A stretch of DNA of 64,000 nucleotides from Fimbriimonadia bacterium (lineage in GTDB: Bacteria; Armatimonadota; Fimbriimonadia; Fimbriimonadales; JABRVX01), in contig JBGPGO010000013.1 of the NCBI GenBank assembly GCA_041483895.1, positions 58,196-122,195 of the forward strand, given 5' to 3'. The notes beneath the pieces were generated by a model. The model searched no databases and had not been told where the DNA came from. It saw nothing but the letters and a program-made list of their open reading frames with translations. The first letter of the stretch is position 1, and every line of letters begins with the position of its first letter. Both the position numbers and the translations under genes were made by a program. Shown piece by piece: positions 1 through 9,604 of the stretch.

Positions 1-140
1 ACCCCGCGGTCCGCCAGCAGCAGCCCGGCCAGCACAATGACCCCGGACGCGAACAAAACGATGGCCGCGCCGTCGTTGCGCTTTTGCTTGCGCTTGGCCG
101 CGTCCTTGCGTGCGGGCGCCGATCGGGTTCTTGTGCTCAC
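1..140 (-). CDS. N-terminal part of a membrane protein running off the window (possibly FtsK/SpoIIIE N-terminus)
   Basis: GTG at 140 reads MSTRTRSAPARKDAAKRKQKRNDGAAIVLFASGVIVLAGLLLADRG: basic N-terminus followed by a TM helix; identity cannot be proven from 46 aa. Confidence 0.45.
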   Translation of the reverse strand, partial: MSTRTRSAPARKDAAKRKQKRNDGAAIVLFASGVIVLAGLLLADRG

Positions 141-178
141 CGGCCCGGATTATAGCAGACGTATGTCACAATGAAGGC

Positions 179-412
179 ATGCCCAACGTCCGCATCTATG
201 TCCGTTTGAAGCCCGCCTTGCTCGATACGGAGGGGCGGGCGGTCGAATCGGCGTTGCATAAATTGGGGTGGCCTTCGGCGGCTCATGTGCGGATCGGGAA
301 GCTGATCGAGATGGAACTGCCGGGCGGGGACGAGGCTGTTGTTCGAGAAATGTGCGCGAAACTGCTGGCGAATCCGGTGATCGAGGAGTACACCATCGAG
401 GTGGGCGCGTGA
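179..412 (+). CDS. purS: Phosphoribosylformylglycinamidine synthase subunit PurS
   Basis: LKPALLDTEG...VRIGKLIE...MCAKLLANPVIEEY signature; GTGA overlap with purQ. Confidence 0.95.
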   Translation: MPNVRIYVRLKPALLDTEGRAVESALHKLGWPSAAHVRIGKLIEMELPGGDEAVVREMCAKLLANPVIEEYTIEVGA

Positions 413-1098
413 AAGTTGCTGTCGTGCAATTTCCAGGGTCCAACTGCGATCAGGACGCTCTGTTTGGTGTTCGTCTGCTGGGGCATCAGTCGGAATATGT
501 GTGGCACGCTTCCCGCATCCCGTCGGGATTCGACGCCGTCATCGTGCCGGGCGGGTTCACGTTTGGGGACTATCTGCGCTGCGGGGCGATTGCGCGGTTT
601 TCTCCGGCGATGGAGTCGGTGCGGGACATGGCGGCGGCCGGCGCGCCGGTGCTGGGGATCTGCAACGGGTTCCAGATTTTGTGCGAATCGGGCCTCCTTC
701 CCGGCGCCCTTGTCCGCAACGCCTGCGGGCGTTTCGTCTGCCGCGACATCTATCTGCGCGTCGATTCCACCGAATCCATTCTCACCTCCAATTGCCACCT
801 CGGCCAGGTTCTGCGCATGCCGGTGGCGCACGGCGAGGGCTGCTATGTCATCGATCCTGCCCATCCCCCGCGCGTGGTGCTGCGCTATTGCGATGCGTCA
901 GGCGACTGCACCTCCGACTCCAACCCCAACGGCTCCGAGGACCACATCGCGGGGGTAGCGAACGATCGCGGCAACGTCGTCGGCATGATGCCCCATCCGG
1001 AGAGGGCTGTATCGGAGATGCTGGGGTCGTCGGACGGGAGCGCATTATTGGATTGTCTCCTGCAAATGACCGCCTTCAAGGTCGCCATCACCCTGTAG
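409..1098 (+). CDS. purQ: Phosphoribosylformylglycinamidine synthase glutaminase subunit PurQ
   Basis: FPGSNCD, PGGFTFGDYLR, GICNGFQIL, MMPHPER motifs. Confidence 0.96.
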   Translation: MKVAVVQFPGSNCDQDALFGVRLLGHQSEYVWHASRIPSGFDAVIVPGGFTFGDYLRCGAIARFSPAMESVRDMAAAGAPVLGICNGFQILCESGLLPGALVRNACGRFVCRDIYLRVDSTESILTSNCHLGQVLRMPVAHGEGCYVIDPAHPPRVVLRYCDASGDCTSDSNPNGSEDHIAGVANDRGNVVGMMPHPERAVSEMLGSSDGSALLDCLLQMTAFKVAITL

Positions 1099-1239
1099 AC
1101 ACTGTTTTCCGTGTGAGCACTAGGCAGCTTGTCCACAATACTTTCCCATTCTAGGCTCTACGAAATCTTCGCCTTTGGACAGTTTAGACGCCGCACAATT
1201 CGCGTCGAACTATGATATCATAAGGTATCGTGGGTTGAT

Positions 1240-2991
1240 ATGGAGATTTCAAGAACGCGTACAGCATGGGCTATCTCAGCAATTGCCATGAGCTTCGTCG
1301 TAATGTCTTCAGGGGGCTTTGGACAAGACCTCCTTTGGACCGCTCAATTGGGCACGATCTCATTGGCTGGAGAAATCGGTTGCCAATCAGACCACGACGG
1401 AAACATTTACGTCGCTTGCGCAGCACCTTACTCGCCAGTTCTCACGAAGTATGACAAGAACGGCAATATGGTTTGGCAATACAAAGGGACCGGAGGCGGC
1501 ATAAATCATTCTCGCTTGGCAATCAGCAGCGACGGCAGCATCTTTCTTGTCTCCAATGACAGCGATAATGTCTTAACGTCTCGCTTTGACAGTTCCGGAA
1601 ATCTGATTTGGATGAAGACCTATGATTACGCAGGCTACGACGATTTAGCTGTTGCCGCGCAGACTGATAGCCTCGGCAACGTCTTTGTGGCGGGAGAAGG
1701 CTATACTTACGGCGGCTATCAATTGGACTCGTTTGTTCTCAAATATGATAAGAACGGCAAGCTCCTATGGTCTCGGGTGCGGGCAGCGCCTCAGAGTGAT
1801 ATAACGAGTGCGATCGCAGTCGATGACCAGAATAATCTCATCGTCATTGGATCGGTCGCCAATCCGATAACACCGCATAAGCTCGTACTCATCAAGTACG
1901 ACCCGAAAGGAAACGTACTTTGGGAACAGGAATACAGTCCGGAACCAGACTGCTTGAGCGCCGGTTATTGCCTCGCAATCGATCATAAAGGAGGAGTGGT
2001 TGTTGGCGGGACATATCGAAAGCCGGACCTCATCGGAAGTACGGATTACGGGCATCTGTTGATATCGAAGTACGATCTTGCGACCGGAAACCTCGAATGG
2101 GTCAACACTTCGCTGGCGACTCCCGATGGAGTTGATCTCTGCGTATCGGTAAAATTCGATCCCACAGGCACAATCCATGCCAGTGTTTTTTCTGGTCTTC
2201 GCCCTTATGAAACTCCAAGTTGGGTCACGATCATGCGCCTTGATGAACTTGGAAACGTGCTCAATCAGGTCGCTCAATCAGATTGCGAACGCCCAACGAT
2301 CGCCGCCGAAAATGATGGGTCAACGTGCGTCGCTGTACAATCTCGCCGGTACCCATCCGATCTGATCACCTTTAGAGTCTCTCCAATCGGAAATATCGTC
2401 TGGAGCAAAGCGTTTCGTGTTGGGGAAACTTATTCGCAAACACCGGTAAGTACTATCACTGATCCATCAGGTAATTGTTACGCAATATGCGGCAGTTATG
2501 ACTCGAATAACTTTTCGGACAAACGAGTTGCGTTGCTTGAGTATTCGAATCGCGAGGCCACCGGTTCTTTACTCGGATCCCTTGTGGCGAACGACCTCGC
2601 AGATACTACGGGTTTTGAGGCAGTGATTGAATTGCGAGAGCCAGGGAATCTATTACCATTTGCCAAGTATCCAGTTGTTCTTGGATCATCTGGCACTTTC
2701 GCGATCGATGAGGTTATTCCCGGAACCTATGACGCTTCCGTTAAGCCCTCCCACTGGCTTAGGCAGACGCTTCCCAATATCGATGTTGGACCAAGCGGCG
2801 CAAATGTCGCTTTCTCGCTGCGAAATGGAGACGCAACCCGAGATAATTTTGCGGACCTAAAGGACATCAGCAGAATCTTTCTCGATTGGGAAACCACGGA
2901 GCCGATGTCCGATCTGAACAGTGACGGAGTCGTAGATTTGCCTGACCTGAGCATCGCATTCCTGAACTTCGGCCAAAAAGGCGATCAATAG
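1240..2991 (+). CDS. Secreted beta-propeller (SBBP-like repeats) protein with C-terminal dockerin-like Ca-binding domain
   Basis: Signal peptide; repeated KYDKNG..W / D..GNIYVAG units; tail NGDATRDN...DLNSDGVVDLPDL. Confidence 0.7.
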   Translation: MEISRTRTAWAISAIAMSFVVMSSGGFGQDLLWTAQLGTISLAGEIGCQSDHDGNIYVACAAPYSPVLTKYDKNGNMVWQYKGTGGGINHSRLAISSDGSIFLVSNDSDNVLTSRFDSSGNLIWMKTYDYAGYDDLAVAAQTDSLGNVFVAGEGYTYGGYQLDSFVLKYDKNGKLLWSRVRAAPQSDITSAIAVDDQNNLIVIGSVANPITPHKLVLIKYDPKGNVLWEQEYSPEPDCLSAGYCLAIDHKGGVVVGGTYRKPDLIGSTDYGHLLISKYDLATGNLEWVNTSLATPDGVDLCVSVKFDPTGTIHASVFSGLRPYETPSWVTIMRLDELGNVLNQVAQSDCERPTIAAENDGSTCVAVQSRRYPSDLITFRVSPIGNIVWSKAFRVGETYSQTPVSTITDPSGNCYAICGSYDSNNFSDKRVALLEYSNREATGSLLGSLVANDLADTTGFEAVIELREPGNLLPFAKYPVVLGSSGTFAIDEVIPGTYDASVKPSHWLRQTLPNIDVGPSGANVAFSLRNGDATRDNFADLKDISRIFLDWETTEPMSDLNSDGVVDLPDLSIAFLNFGQKGDQ

Positions 2992-3062
2992 CGTCACTGG
3001 TTGACGGTCTCTGGAGGCAGCTAGGTGCTTCAGCAAACTACGGCGAAGGCTGTGGCCGGCGG

Positions 3063-4307
3063 CTATCTTGCCTGCACCACGTAACTCCGGCGGCCGGTGA
3101 GGGAGATGGATTGGACGCCGAAGAGGAAGTTGTCTTTTGATATCCCTTTCAGCGTGATTTCGTTGGCGGCGCCGGCGTCGCGGGAGAACTGCCACAGCGG
3201 GTTGGTGGTCTCCCGCCAGCGGACGATGTATTTTGTGGCGGGGTCGGCGTGCCAGGTGATGTGTGTGTCGTAGCCCTGCCGTGCATTTATGCGCACGCTG
3301 GTCGGCGGCAGCGGGGCGAGGGCCAATTCGCTGAGGACCGCGAGGTTGAGGCGAGTGACGTTGGAGAGGTAATCGAAATCCATCTTGTCTATCGTATCGC
3401 CAAATTTGCCGCGCACGTCCTGGTGCTGGGCGTCGAAGTTCTCATACACCTCGCAGAATCGTATGGCCGGATAGCCCGCACTATTAAACGAAGAATGATC
3501 CCCGCCTCGCCCATATCGATCCTTGCGATACACAAGCATCGGTTTGAATTTGAATCCATGATCCCCGGCGACCTCCGCCACAAATCGCGCGAGCTGGCGG
3601 CTGGGACTCTCCTCCGGATCGGATGCCGCCTCCGGCTTGCCATAGACCGAAACTCCTTCCGAAAAAACGCGCACCCGATCCCCGGCCTTCTGCCCATCCC
3701 CGCCGCGCGAATTGCCAACGATATCGTTGCTCAAAACGGCGATGATCTCCATCCCGTCTTTGCGCGCGGTGTCGGCAAAATATCGGCTGCCGAGTAGGCC
3801 CTGTTCCTCGCCCGTGACGGCCAGGAATTTCACTGTGTGATATGGCTTGAGTTTCGCCATCAGTCGCGCGCATTCCAGCACCAAAGCAATCCCCGACCCA
3901 TCATCGTTCGCGCCCGGCTCGTCGCTCGTGGAATCCATGCCGTTGGATGCGCGAGAATCGTAGTGGGCGCAGACAAGGACGACGCTCTTCGTGACGCCCT
4001 TCAGCGTCACCACGATGTTGCTGACCTCTTTCGGTTCCGGAACGCGGGCGCTTTTCGGCAGCATGAATCGCTGCTCCTCGACCTGCAGGCCGGGGATGGT
4101 TTCAAACTCGCTCTTGATCCATTTCGCCGCCGCACCAACGCCGCGTTTCGGGTCGGCCTGATCGCTCAGCGTATGGCGGGTCCCGAAGGAGACCAGCTTC
4201 TCGACCGTGGCGCGCAGACGAATTTTGGAGACCTGCCCGAGCATGCTTGGGATCGGATCGTCGGCGCGGGCGCAGGACAGTGCGAATAGGACGATCAGGG
4301 CTCTCAT
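3063..4307 (-). CDS. M28-family metallopeptidase, exported
   Basis: AHYDSR, PGANDDGSG, GEEQGLLGS, GGDH motifs. Confidence 0.88.
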   Translation of the reverse strand: MRALIVLFALSCARADDPIPSMLGQVSKIRLRATVEKLVSFGTRHTLSDQADPKRGVGAAAKWIKSEFETIPGLQVEEQRFMLPKSARVPEPKEVSNIVVTLKGVTKSVVLVCAHYDSRASNGMDSTSDEPGANDDGSGIALVLECARLMAKLKPYHTVKFLAVTGEEQGLLGSRYFADTARKDGMEIIAVLSNDIVGNSRGGDGQKAGDRVRVFSEGVSVYGKPEAASDPEESPSRQLARFVAEVAGDHGFKFKPMLVYRKDRYGRGGDHSSFNSAGYPAIRFCEVYENFDAQHQDVRGKFGDTIDKMDFDYLSNVTRLNLAVLSELALAPLPPTSVRINARQGYDTHITWHADPATKYIVRWRETTNPLWQFSRDAGAANEITLKGISKDNFLFGVQSISLTGRRSYVVQAR

Positions 4308-4390
4308 GCCGTACGGATTCGACCCCCACCGTAACCCTCCCCCTTTTTCCAGGCTTACGCCTTAAAAATGGGTAGGTAATCTCGGAACCA

Positions 4391-4522
4391 AGATGCGACC
4401 GGTCTCCTGACCGAGTCGCAACTCCAGATGCGTCCAGATGCGGCCGGTCTCCTGACCGAGCCGCAAGTCCCGATGAGGCCGGTTAGTCAGATGCGACTCG
4501 GTCAGGAGACCGGTCGCATCTG
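4391..4522. repeat. Cluster of three REP-like imperfect palindromes (two direct, one inverted)
   Basis: AGATGCGACCGGTCTCCTGACCGAGTCGCA at 4391-4420, variant at 4436-4465, reverse complement at 4488-4522. Confidence 0.85.
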
Positions 4523-4549
4523 AGGGGGGCCTGGAGGGATCGGAACAAT

Positions 4550-4590
4550 GAAAACTCCCCCGTCCAGAGGGCTTGGACGAGGGAGTTTTC
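4550..4590 (-). terminator. Intrinsic terminator downstream of the PEP-CTERM gene (possibly bidirectional)
   Basis: GAAAACTCCC..CGTCCA / TGGACG..GGGAGTTTTC stem with A/T tracts on both sides. Confidence 0.7.
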
Positions 4591-4664
4591 TAGTTACCCA
4601 GCTTCAGAAAACTAGGCGCTGCGGTTGTCCGAGCGCAAGCTAAAGCTTGCGGCTACCGGTGTTC

Positions 4665-5327
4665 TTAGCTGCGGCGTCGATTGCGGAAGCCGATGAGCGA
4701 GACCAGACCGGTGGCGATGGCGGCAATGCTGCCCGGCTCTGGGACGGCGCGGGTCAGATTGAACTTGGAAGAAGCGGCGATGGTACCGTCCTCCATGTCC
4801 GACCCCGGCTTGGCATACACATTACCCTCAAGCCAGAAACCCTTGCCGTCGCGAAGGTCATAGACCCTGGCGCCGTTCTTTAGGTTGATTGTAGCGCTGA
4901 TCTGCATCAGCGAGATTTCAATCATGTAGTTGGAAAGGATTGGGTTCATCCAAGCCATAGTGGCCCCGTCGATAACCAACGCCGTCTCGCCGAGATCGTC
5001 GCCGTAGACGCGCTTCAAGCGGTCGCCGACGTCACCAAGAACGGCGTTGCCGTTGTAATCGATCTCATAGAGATCCATCGCGCCAACATCCGGCAAGATC
5101 GGCAAGAAGTTCGCGCCGGGATCCGGTCCGAACAGGTCCGTGGCGGAAACGCCAAGAACGGTATGATTGCCAGTGCTGAAGCTGATGAACGAGCCAGAAT
5201 CGAGCTCAATCTGGCCGTTCAGGTTGTAGTTGAGGGTCCAGTCGGAACCTGCATACGTGTTTGCGTTCGCAACGCCGCAGATGGCAGCTGCTGCCGAGAC
5301 CGCGACGATCCAATTCAGTCGGTTCAT
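4665..5327 (-). CDS. PEP-CTERM sorting-domain surface protein
   Basis: Signal peptide; C-terminal VPEP + TM helix + RNRRRS. Confidence 0.9.
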   Translation of the reverse strand: MNRLNWIVAVSAAAAICGVANANTYAGSDWTLNYNLNGQIELDSGSFISFSTGNHTVLGVSATDLFGPDPGANFLPILPDVGAMDLYEIDYNGNAVLGDVGDRLKRVYGDDLGETALVIDGATMAWMNPILSNYMIEISLMQISATINLKNGARVYDLRDGKGFWLEGNVYAKPGSDMEDGTIAASSKFNLTRAVPEPGSIAAIATGLVSLIGFRNRRRS

Positions 5328-5373
5328 GTGTTTGCACTCCTATACGGCAAAGGCTACGTGTTGTTAGGAATGC

Positions 5374-5390
5374 TGCGATTGGCGTGCCAA
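5374..5390 (-). promoter_or_regulatory. Sigma-54 (-24/-12) promoter
   Basis: Minus strand TTGGCACGCCAATCGCA (GG-N10-GC) about 47 nt upstream of the ATG; conserved in the paralogous copy at 42385. Confidence 0.75.
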
Positions 5391-5540
5391 ATTGGCATGG
5401 TTGCGGGCCAAACAGGCAATGTGGCGGGGCTTAATCGAAACGGCCCCGCATCGCTGCGAAGCCGTCTCGGGTGTAGGCAGGCACTTTTGGTAGTGTCACA
5501 GTTCAATACCCATCTGAGCGTGATTCGGTTCCCGGAAAAA

Positions 5541-6950
5541 TCATTTTTTCTGCCGACTCGACGCATTAGCCGGTGTTTCCTTTGGTTCGATTAGGACTAT
5601 AGACCTGATTGTGTTGCCGCGGCAGAATGCGGACACCACCGCGAGCCCCTGTTTGACGGCTGTGAAGCCGCCAAATTGGTCCATTCTGCCCGGCCCCGGC
5701 GTCGTCCCCCACAGGATCTGCTCATTCGGCACCGGCTTGCCCGACTTCGGATCGACGAGGGACCAGGCGATCGTATCACCGGTCTTCACTTTGGTCACTT
5801 TCGGCTCCAAGCGCAGATTTTCAAGAACCGGAACTTCGCCGGCGGAAATAACCAGCACGGCATTCGCAACAGGCCGGACCGCGCCGTCGGAGGGATTTGT
5901 AACCTGTATCCCTCTCACAACCATATCGGTCGATCCGCCGCCATCGAGGTTGATCGCGTTGACGGCGCCAAGGTTGATGAGAATGTCCGCCAATTCATCC
6001 AGGGTGACGCCGGAGCTGGATTCGCTCCGACCCTCCACGGCGACCATCAAAAGAGTGCCGTCCGCTGTGTGCCCAATCGCCGATCGCGGATGCTTGACGG
6101 TCGAAAAGTTCGACGGAAATCCCTCCTCTTTGGCGTCGATGAACTTCGCCTTGTTCTTGACCAGCCACGGTCCGCCGCCGATCGCGCTCACAACCTGATC
6201 CCACGATTGGCTGTCCGTTACACCGATCAGCAGCTTCCAAACCCCGCCGGAAGCGACCTGTTCGATCAGCGGGCCGCCGCGGGAATCTCGGATGAAAAGG
6301 ACCGCGCCATCCGCGGGAATCGAGACGGTTGAAACGTCCTTGCGGACCTCCGCCACCATAACGTCCAGCGCCCATCCGAATCGGACTGGCCGATTGAGCC
6401 CTCGAAATATCGCGGCCGTTCCCTTTTTCGAGCAGACGGCCCGGCTTCCGGCATTGGGCAGCCAAAGCACATTCTCGCCCGCGCCGCATTCGCGATTGAT
6501 GCCTTGAATCTTCAGCTCCAAATTCGCGGGGCCATAGGCTGAGGCAGAAAAAGTCGGGTTGCCGACCACGTACGATCCATCCGTCTTCCAGCCGAACGCC
6601 ACGCGGTTCCGGGCCGGCTCGCTCGCCAACTCCCCATCGATGATGCACATGCCCAGCGGATCGCCGGTCCAAGGGAAAAAATCGCCATTCAAGGCGGCAA
6701 CAGCGTTGTAGCGGCTGGCGATCCTATTGACGCTCTCCCGTCCCTTTAGGCCGTCCGGCGCAAGAAGTCCATCGCCGCCAAGCCCCACCTTGATGGAAAA
6801 GGCCCCCATCTTCGGGTTTATCTGCAAAATGTGGATGACCATTGGGGGCTCGGAGCGGGAATCCTGAATATAGGTCATCCCCGGACCGATCTCTTTCTGG
6901 ACCGTCCGCGCGGGCATCAGAATGGCGGCAAGCAGCAGTTGTAAGAGCAT
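5541..6950 (-). CDS. Phosphodiester glycosidase (NAGPA-like) family exported protein
   Basis: ALNGDFF, GGGPWLV, HPRSAIG, AINLDGGGST motifs. Confidence 0.88.
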   Translation of the reverse strand: MLLQLLLAAILMPARTVQKEIGPGMTYIQDSRSEPPMVIHILQINPKMGAFSIKVGLGGDGLLAPDGLKGRESVNRIASRYNAVAALNGDFFPWTGDPLGMCIIDGELASEPARNRVAFGWKTDGSYVVGNPTFSASAYGPANLELKIQGINRECGAGENVLWLPNAGSRAVCSKKGTAAIFRGLNRPVRFGWALDVMVAEVRKDVSTVSIPADGAVLFIRDSRGGPLIEQVASGGVWKLLIGVTDSQSWDQVVSAIGGGPWLVKNKAKFIDAKEEGFPSNFSTVKHPRSAIGHTADGTLLMVAVEGRSESSSGVTLDELADILINLGAVNAINLDGGGSTDMVVRGIQVTNPSDGAVRPVANAVLVISAGEVPVLENLRLEPKVTKVKTGDTIAWSLVDPKSGKPVPNEQILWGTTPGPGRMDQFGGFTAVKQGLAVVSAFCRGNTIRSIVLIEPKETPANASSRQKK

Positions 6951-6985
6951 ATTGCGAACGACCCCCGGGATTTTGAGCGACCAGA

Positions 6986-7912
6986 CTATATTGTGGCTGA
7001 TTCGAGATAGGTAAGCGTACCGTTCTCCGCATCAAGCTCCGCACTGATCCCCAGCGGCAGCGTTAAAGGCGCCGGCACGTGGCCAAACGGGAACTTCATG
7101 ATCGCAGGCACGGCGCGATCGCCGAGATGATCTTTAAGGATGGCCTGAGCCGGCTTCGACCCGATGCTAGAATCACCATGCTCGTCCGTTCGTGTCATCT
7201 CGCCCACGACGAATCCCTCGACCCCCGATAGCAGTCCTGCCTGCTTTAGCTGCTGCAGCATCCCATCCACCCGATGCGGCGGTTCATCCACATCTTCCAA
7301 CAGTAGGAGCGTCTCGTCGAAGTCCGGCTCGTATGGCGTGCCTACTGCGGCGGCGAGAAGGCACAGGCACCCGCCGGCCACCCTTCCCCGCGCCGTACCG
7401 CCGACCAGCGTATCCGCAGTCCCTTCAATGGGAAGCGCCGGCAGAGGTTCCGGAATCTCCATGGCCCGGAACCACAGCTCAGACACCCAGTCCGGTCGAG
7501 GCGCCGACCAGGTGATGAGCATGGGGCCATAAAAGGTAACTAGGTCGGCCTCCATCTCCGCCGCCAAGTGGAGAAAGGTCACGTCGGAGAAACCCATCAG
7601 GATCTTCGGATTATCGGCGATGATGCCCATATCCAGGTGATCCATGGTTCGAGCCATCCCATAGCCACCCCGGGCAAAGATCACCTCTTTGATCGTTGGA
7701 TCGGCAAACATCCGCTCGATGTCCGCTGCTCGGTTCTCGTCCGGCCCGGCGAGGAAGCCGTCTCGCTCCCATAAGTGCTCGCCAAGGACGGGAACATAGC
7801 CTCGAGCCTCCAGAAGCAGCAGACCGCCTTCTATCTGCTCCTTATTAACAGGACTGGAGCCGGCAACGATGCCAACCCTATCCCCAGGCTGGATGTGCTT
7901 CGGCTTATTCAT
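6986..7912 (-). CDS. LD-carboxypeptidase (peptidase S66)
   Basis: ARGGYG, GFSDVT, LLEDVDE, PFGH catalytic motifs. Confidence 0.9.
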   Translation of the reverse strand: MNKPKHIQPGDRVGIVAGSSPVNKEQIEGGLLLLEARGYVPVLGEHLWERDGFLAGPDENRAADIERMFADPTIKEVIFARGGYGMARTMDHLDMGIIADNPKILMGFSDVTFLHLAAEMEADLVTFYGPMLITWSAPRPDWVSELWFRAMEIPEPLPALPIEGTADTLVGGTARGRVAGGCLCLLAAAVGTPYEPDFDETLLLLEDVDEPPHRVDGMLQQLKQAGLLSGVEGFVVGEMTRTDEHGDSSIGSKPAQAILKDHLGDRAVPAIMKFPFGHVPAPLTLPLGISAELDAENGTLTYLESATI

Positions 7913-8795
7913 ACGCGGCGGTCACCTCCGGGTTTTTGGCGATCAGCGCAATCACATCGGCGAGCGAAGGGATTCCCGATGTGGCGCCAAGCGATCCGAC
8001 CTTGAGGGCTGCCGCCGCGGCGCCGTATCGCGCCGCTTGCCGGACACCGAGTCCCTCCTGCAGGCCGTAAAGCAGCCCCGCGCGGAAGCAGTCGCCGGCG
8101 CCCGTCGTGTCCACAACCTCTCCCGCGGGATACGGCGGAAGGCGGACAGGGGCGCTGCCCGGTTGACAGAGCGTCGCACCGGTAGCCCCACTCGTCAAGA
8201 GCAGCGATTGGCCGGTTTTCGCCGTCCAATCATTGGGAGGCTCCTTCAGCCAATCCGTGGACGTGAGGTGGAGGTCTGCATGCGGAATCGGATCGGGCCG
8301 ATGAGCAAAATCCATGGCGACCGTGAATAGGCCGCCTGCATGGGCGAACTCAAGACCGGCAATCGCCGCCCGGCCCAGATTGGAATCCGTCGTGAACCAG
8401 CCCGTGTCCGCGCAATCAAACGGCTGGAACGGATGCTGTTCCAGGTCGGAAAACCCTAGGCCGTACATCGTTCGTTCCCCATCAGGGGTAACGTAGATCT
8501 CGCAGATTGGGGTGCGGGCGCCCTCGACCTGGGGCACATCGAATTCCGCCTCTTTGATGAGGGATATCAATCGCTTTCCATCCGCATCCATCCCGACCGG
8601 GTTTGCAAGGAGCCGAAAGGGCGCATTCCAACGCTTGAGGCTCATCGCGGTGTTGGCCGCCTCCCCTCCCAAAACCCAGATTTCTCGAAGCACTTCGACG
8701 TACCCGCCCGGCAAAGGGAGGCGTGGGACCTGGAGGACACGGTCCAAGCAGACGGTGCCGTGGACTATGATCACTCTTCGGTCGGGGTGTGCCAC
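7905..8795 (-). CDS. PfkB-family carbohydrate kinase
   Basis: GGEAANTA and DTTGAGDCF signatures. Confidence 0.88.
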   Translation of the reverse strand: MAHPDRRVIIVHGTVCLDRVLQVPRLPLPGGYVEVLREIWVLGGEAANTAMSLKRWNAPFRLLANPVGMDADGKRLISLIKEAEFDVPQVEGARTPICEIYVTPDGERTMYGLGFSDLEQHPFQPFDCADTGWFTTDSNLGRAAIAGLEFAHAGGLFTVAMDFAHRPDPIPHADLHLTSTDWLKEPPNDWTAKTGQSLLLTSGATGATLCQPGSAPVRLPPYPAGEVVDTTGAGDCFRAGLLYGLQEGLGVRQAARYGAAAAALKVGSLGATSGIPSLADVIALIAKNPEVTAAYE

Positions 8796-8885
8796 GCCGT
8801 TGCTGTTCGCCGTTTCGCGGTATTATTCCTGTTGGCAGCCGAACTTATGAACCCAACCAGCGCCTCAATCCGTCTCCACAAGAGT

Positions 8886-9575
8886 ATGAACTTGCTTCGT
8901 CTGTTTCTTTTCGCCCCGCTGCTGATCGGTACGGCCGAAGGCCAAATACCCGACGACTACAAGCCGAACTGCTACATCACGATTGTGGCGCAACCGTACG
9001 GCCAAAGCGTGGATGTGGCGTTTTTACCGGAGGACTATTCACGGGAGAAAATCCAGCGGCACCTCACCGCGCTGCAGCGAGAAACCGGCATCGCGCCGCG
9101 AACGCCAAACGTCCATATCAACGAAATCTCGCTCGGGGACAAGTCGAAATCGAGAATCGTTCATTTGACCTTTTTCGATACGAAGCTAGTGGACGCAAAG
9201 CAAGGGACGATCGATACCCAATCGCTGGCCAGGGCCTTCGCGCCACTTGGGGACATCGACATCTGGCTGCGGATGAACGACTTCACGTATCGGGGCTTCG
9301 GCACCTACTCCTATCCTGCCAAGAACCCGACCGTGGTCATGAATGCGAAAGTCGAGGTTGACGGGGTCTATCTGCAGGTGCATTTGAACACAACGGATCC
9401 AGCGCGGATCGTGATCCCGGCGGTTTATGCCGAGCCGCCAAAGCCGCAGCCGCCGCCCGCGCCGAAGGGACCTTCTCTCGGCCTGATGGTCGGCGTCGCC
9501 TTGATTCTCTCCGGTGTTGCGGGAACCTTGGTATACTATCTGCTGCGGCTCAGCGTGGCACGCGAAGCTCGCTAG
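8886..9575 (+). CDS. Hypothetical exported protein with Pro-rich linker and C-terminal TM anchor
   Basis: Signal-like start MNLLRLFLFAP; PPKPQPPPAP; terminal hydrophobic helix; directly upstream of pilT. Confidence 0.65.
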   Translation: MNLLRLFLFAPLLIGTAEGQIPDDYKPNCYITIVAQPYGQSVDVAFLPEDYSREKIQRHLTALQRETGIAPRTPNVHINEISLGDKSKSRIVHLTFFDTKLVDAKQGTIDTQSLARAFAPLGDIDIWLRMNDFTYRGFGTYSYPAKNPTVVMNAKVEVDGVYLQVHLNTTDPARIVIPAVYAEPPKPQPPPAPKGPSLGLMVGVALILSGVAGTLVYYLLRLSVAREAR

Positions 9576-9604
9576 AGAATTCCCCCGGAGGTTGAGTAGA
9601 CGGT

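Noticed and set aside
179..1098. Absence of purL next to purSQ as a pathway defect
   Set aside because: purL is often unlinked; cannot be judged from one window
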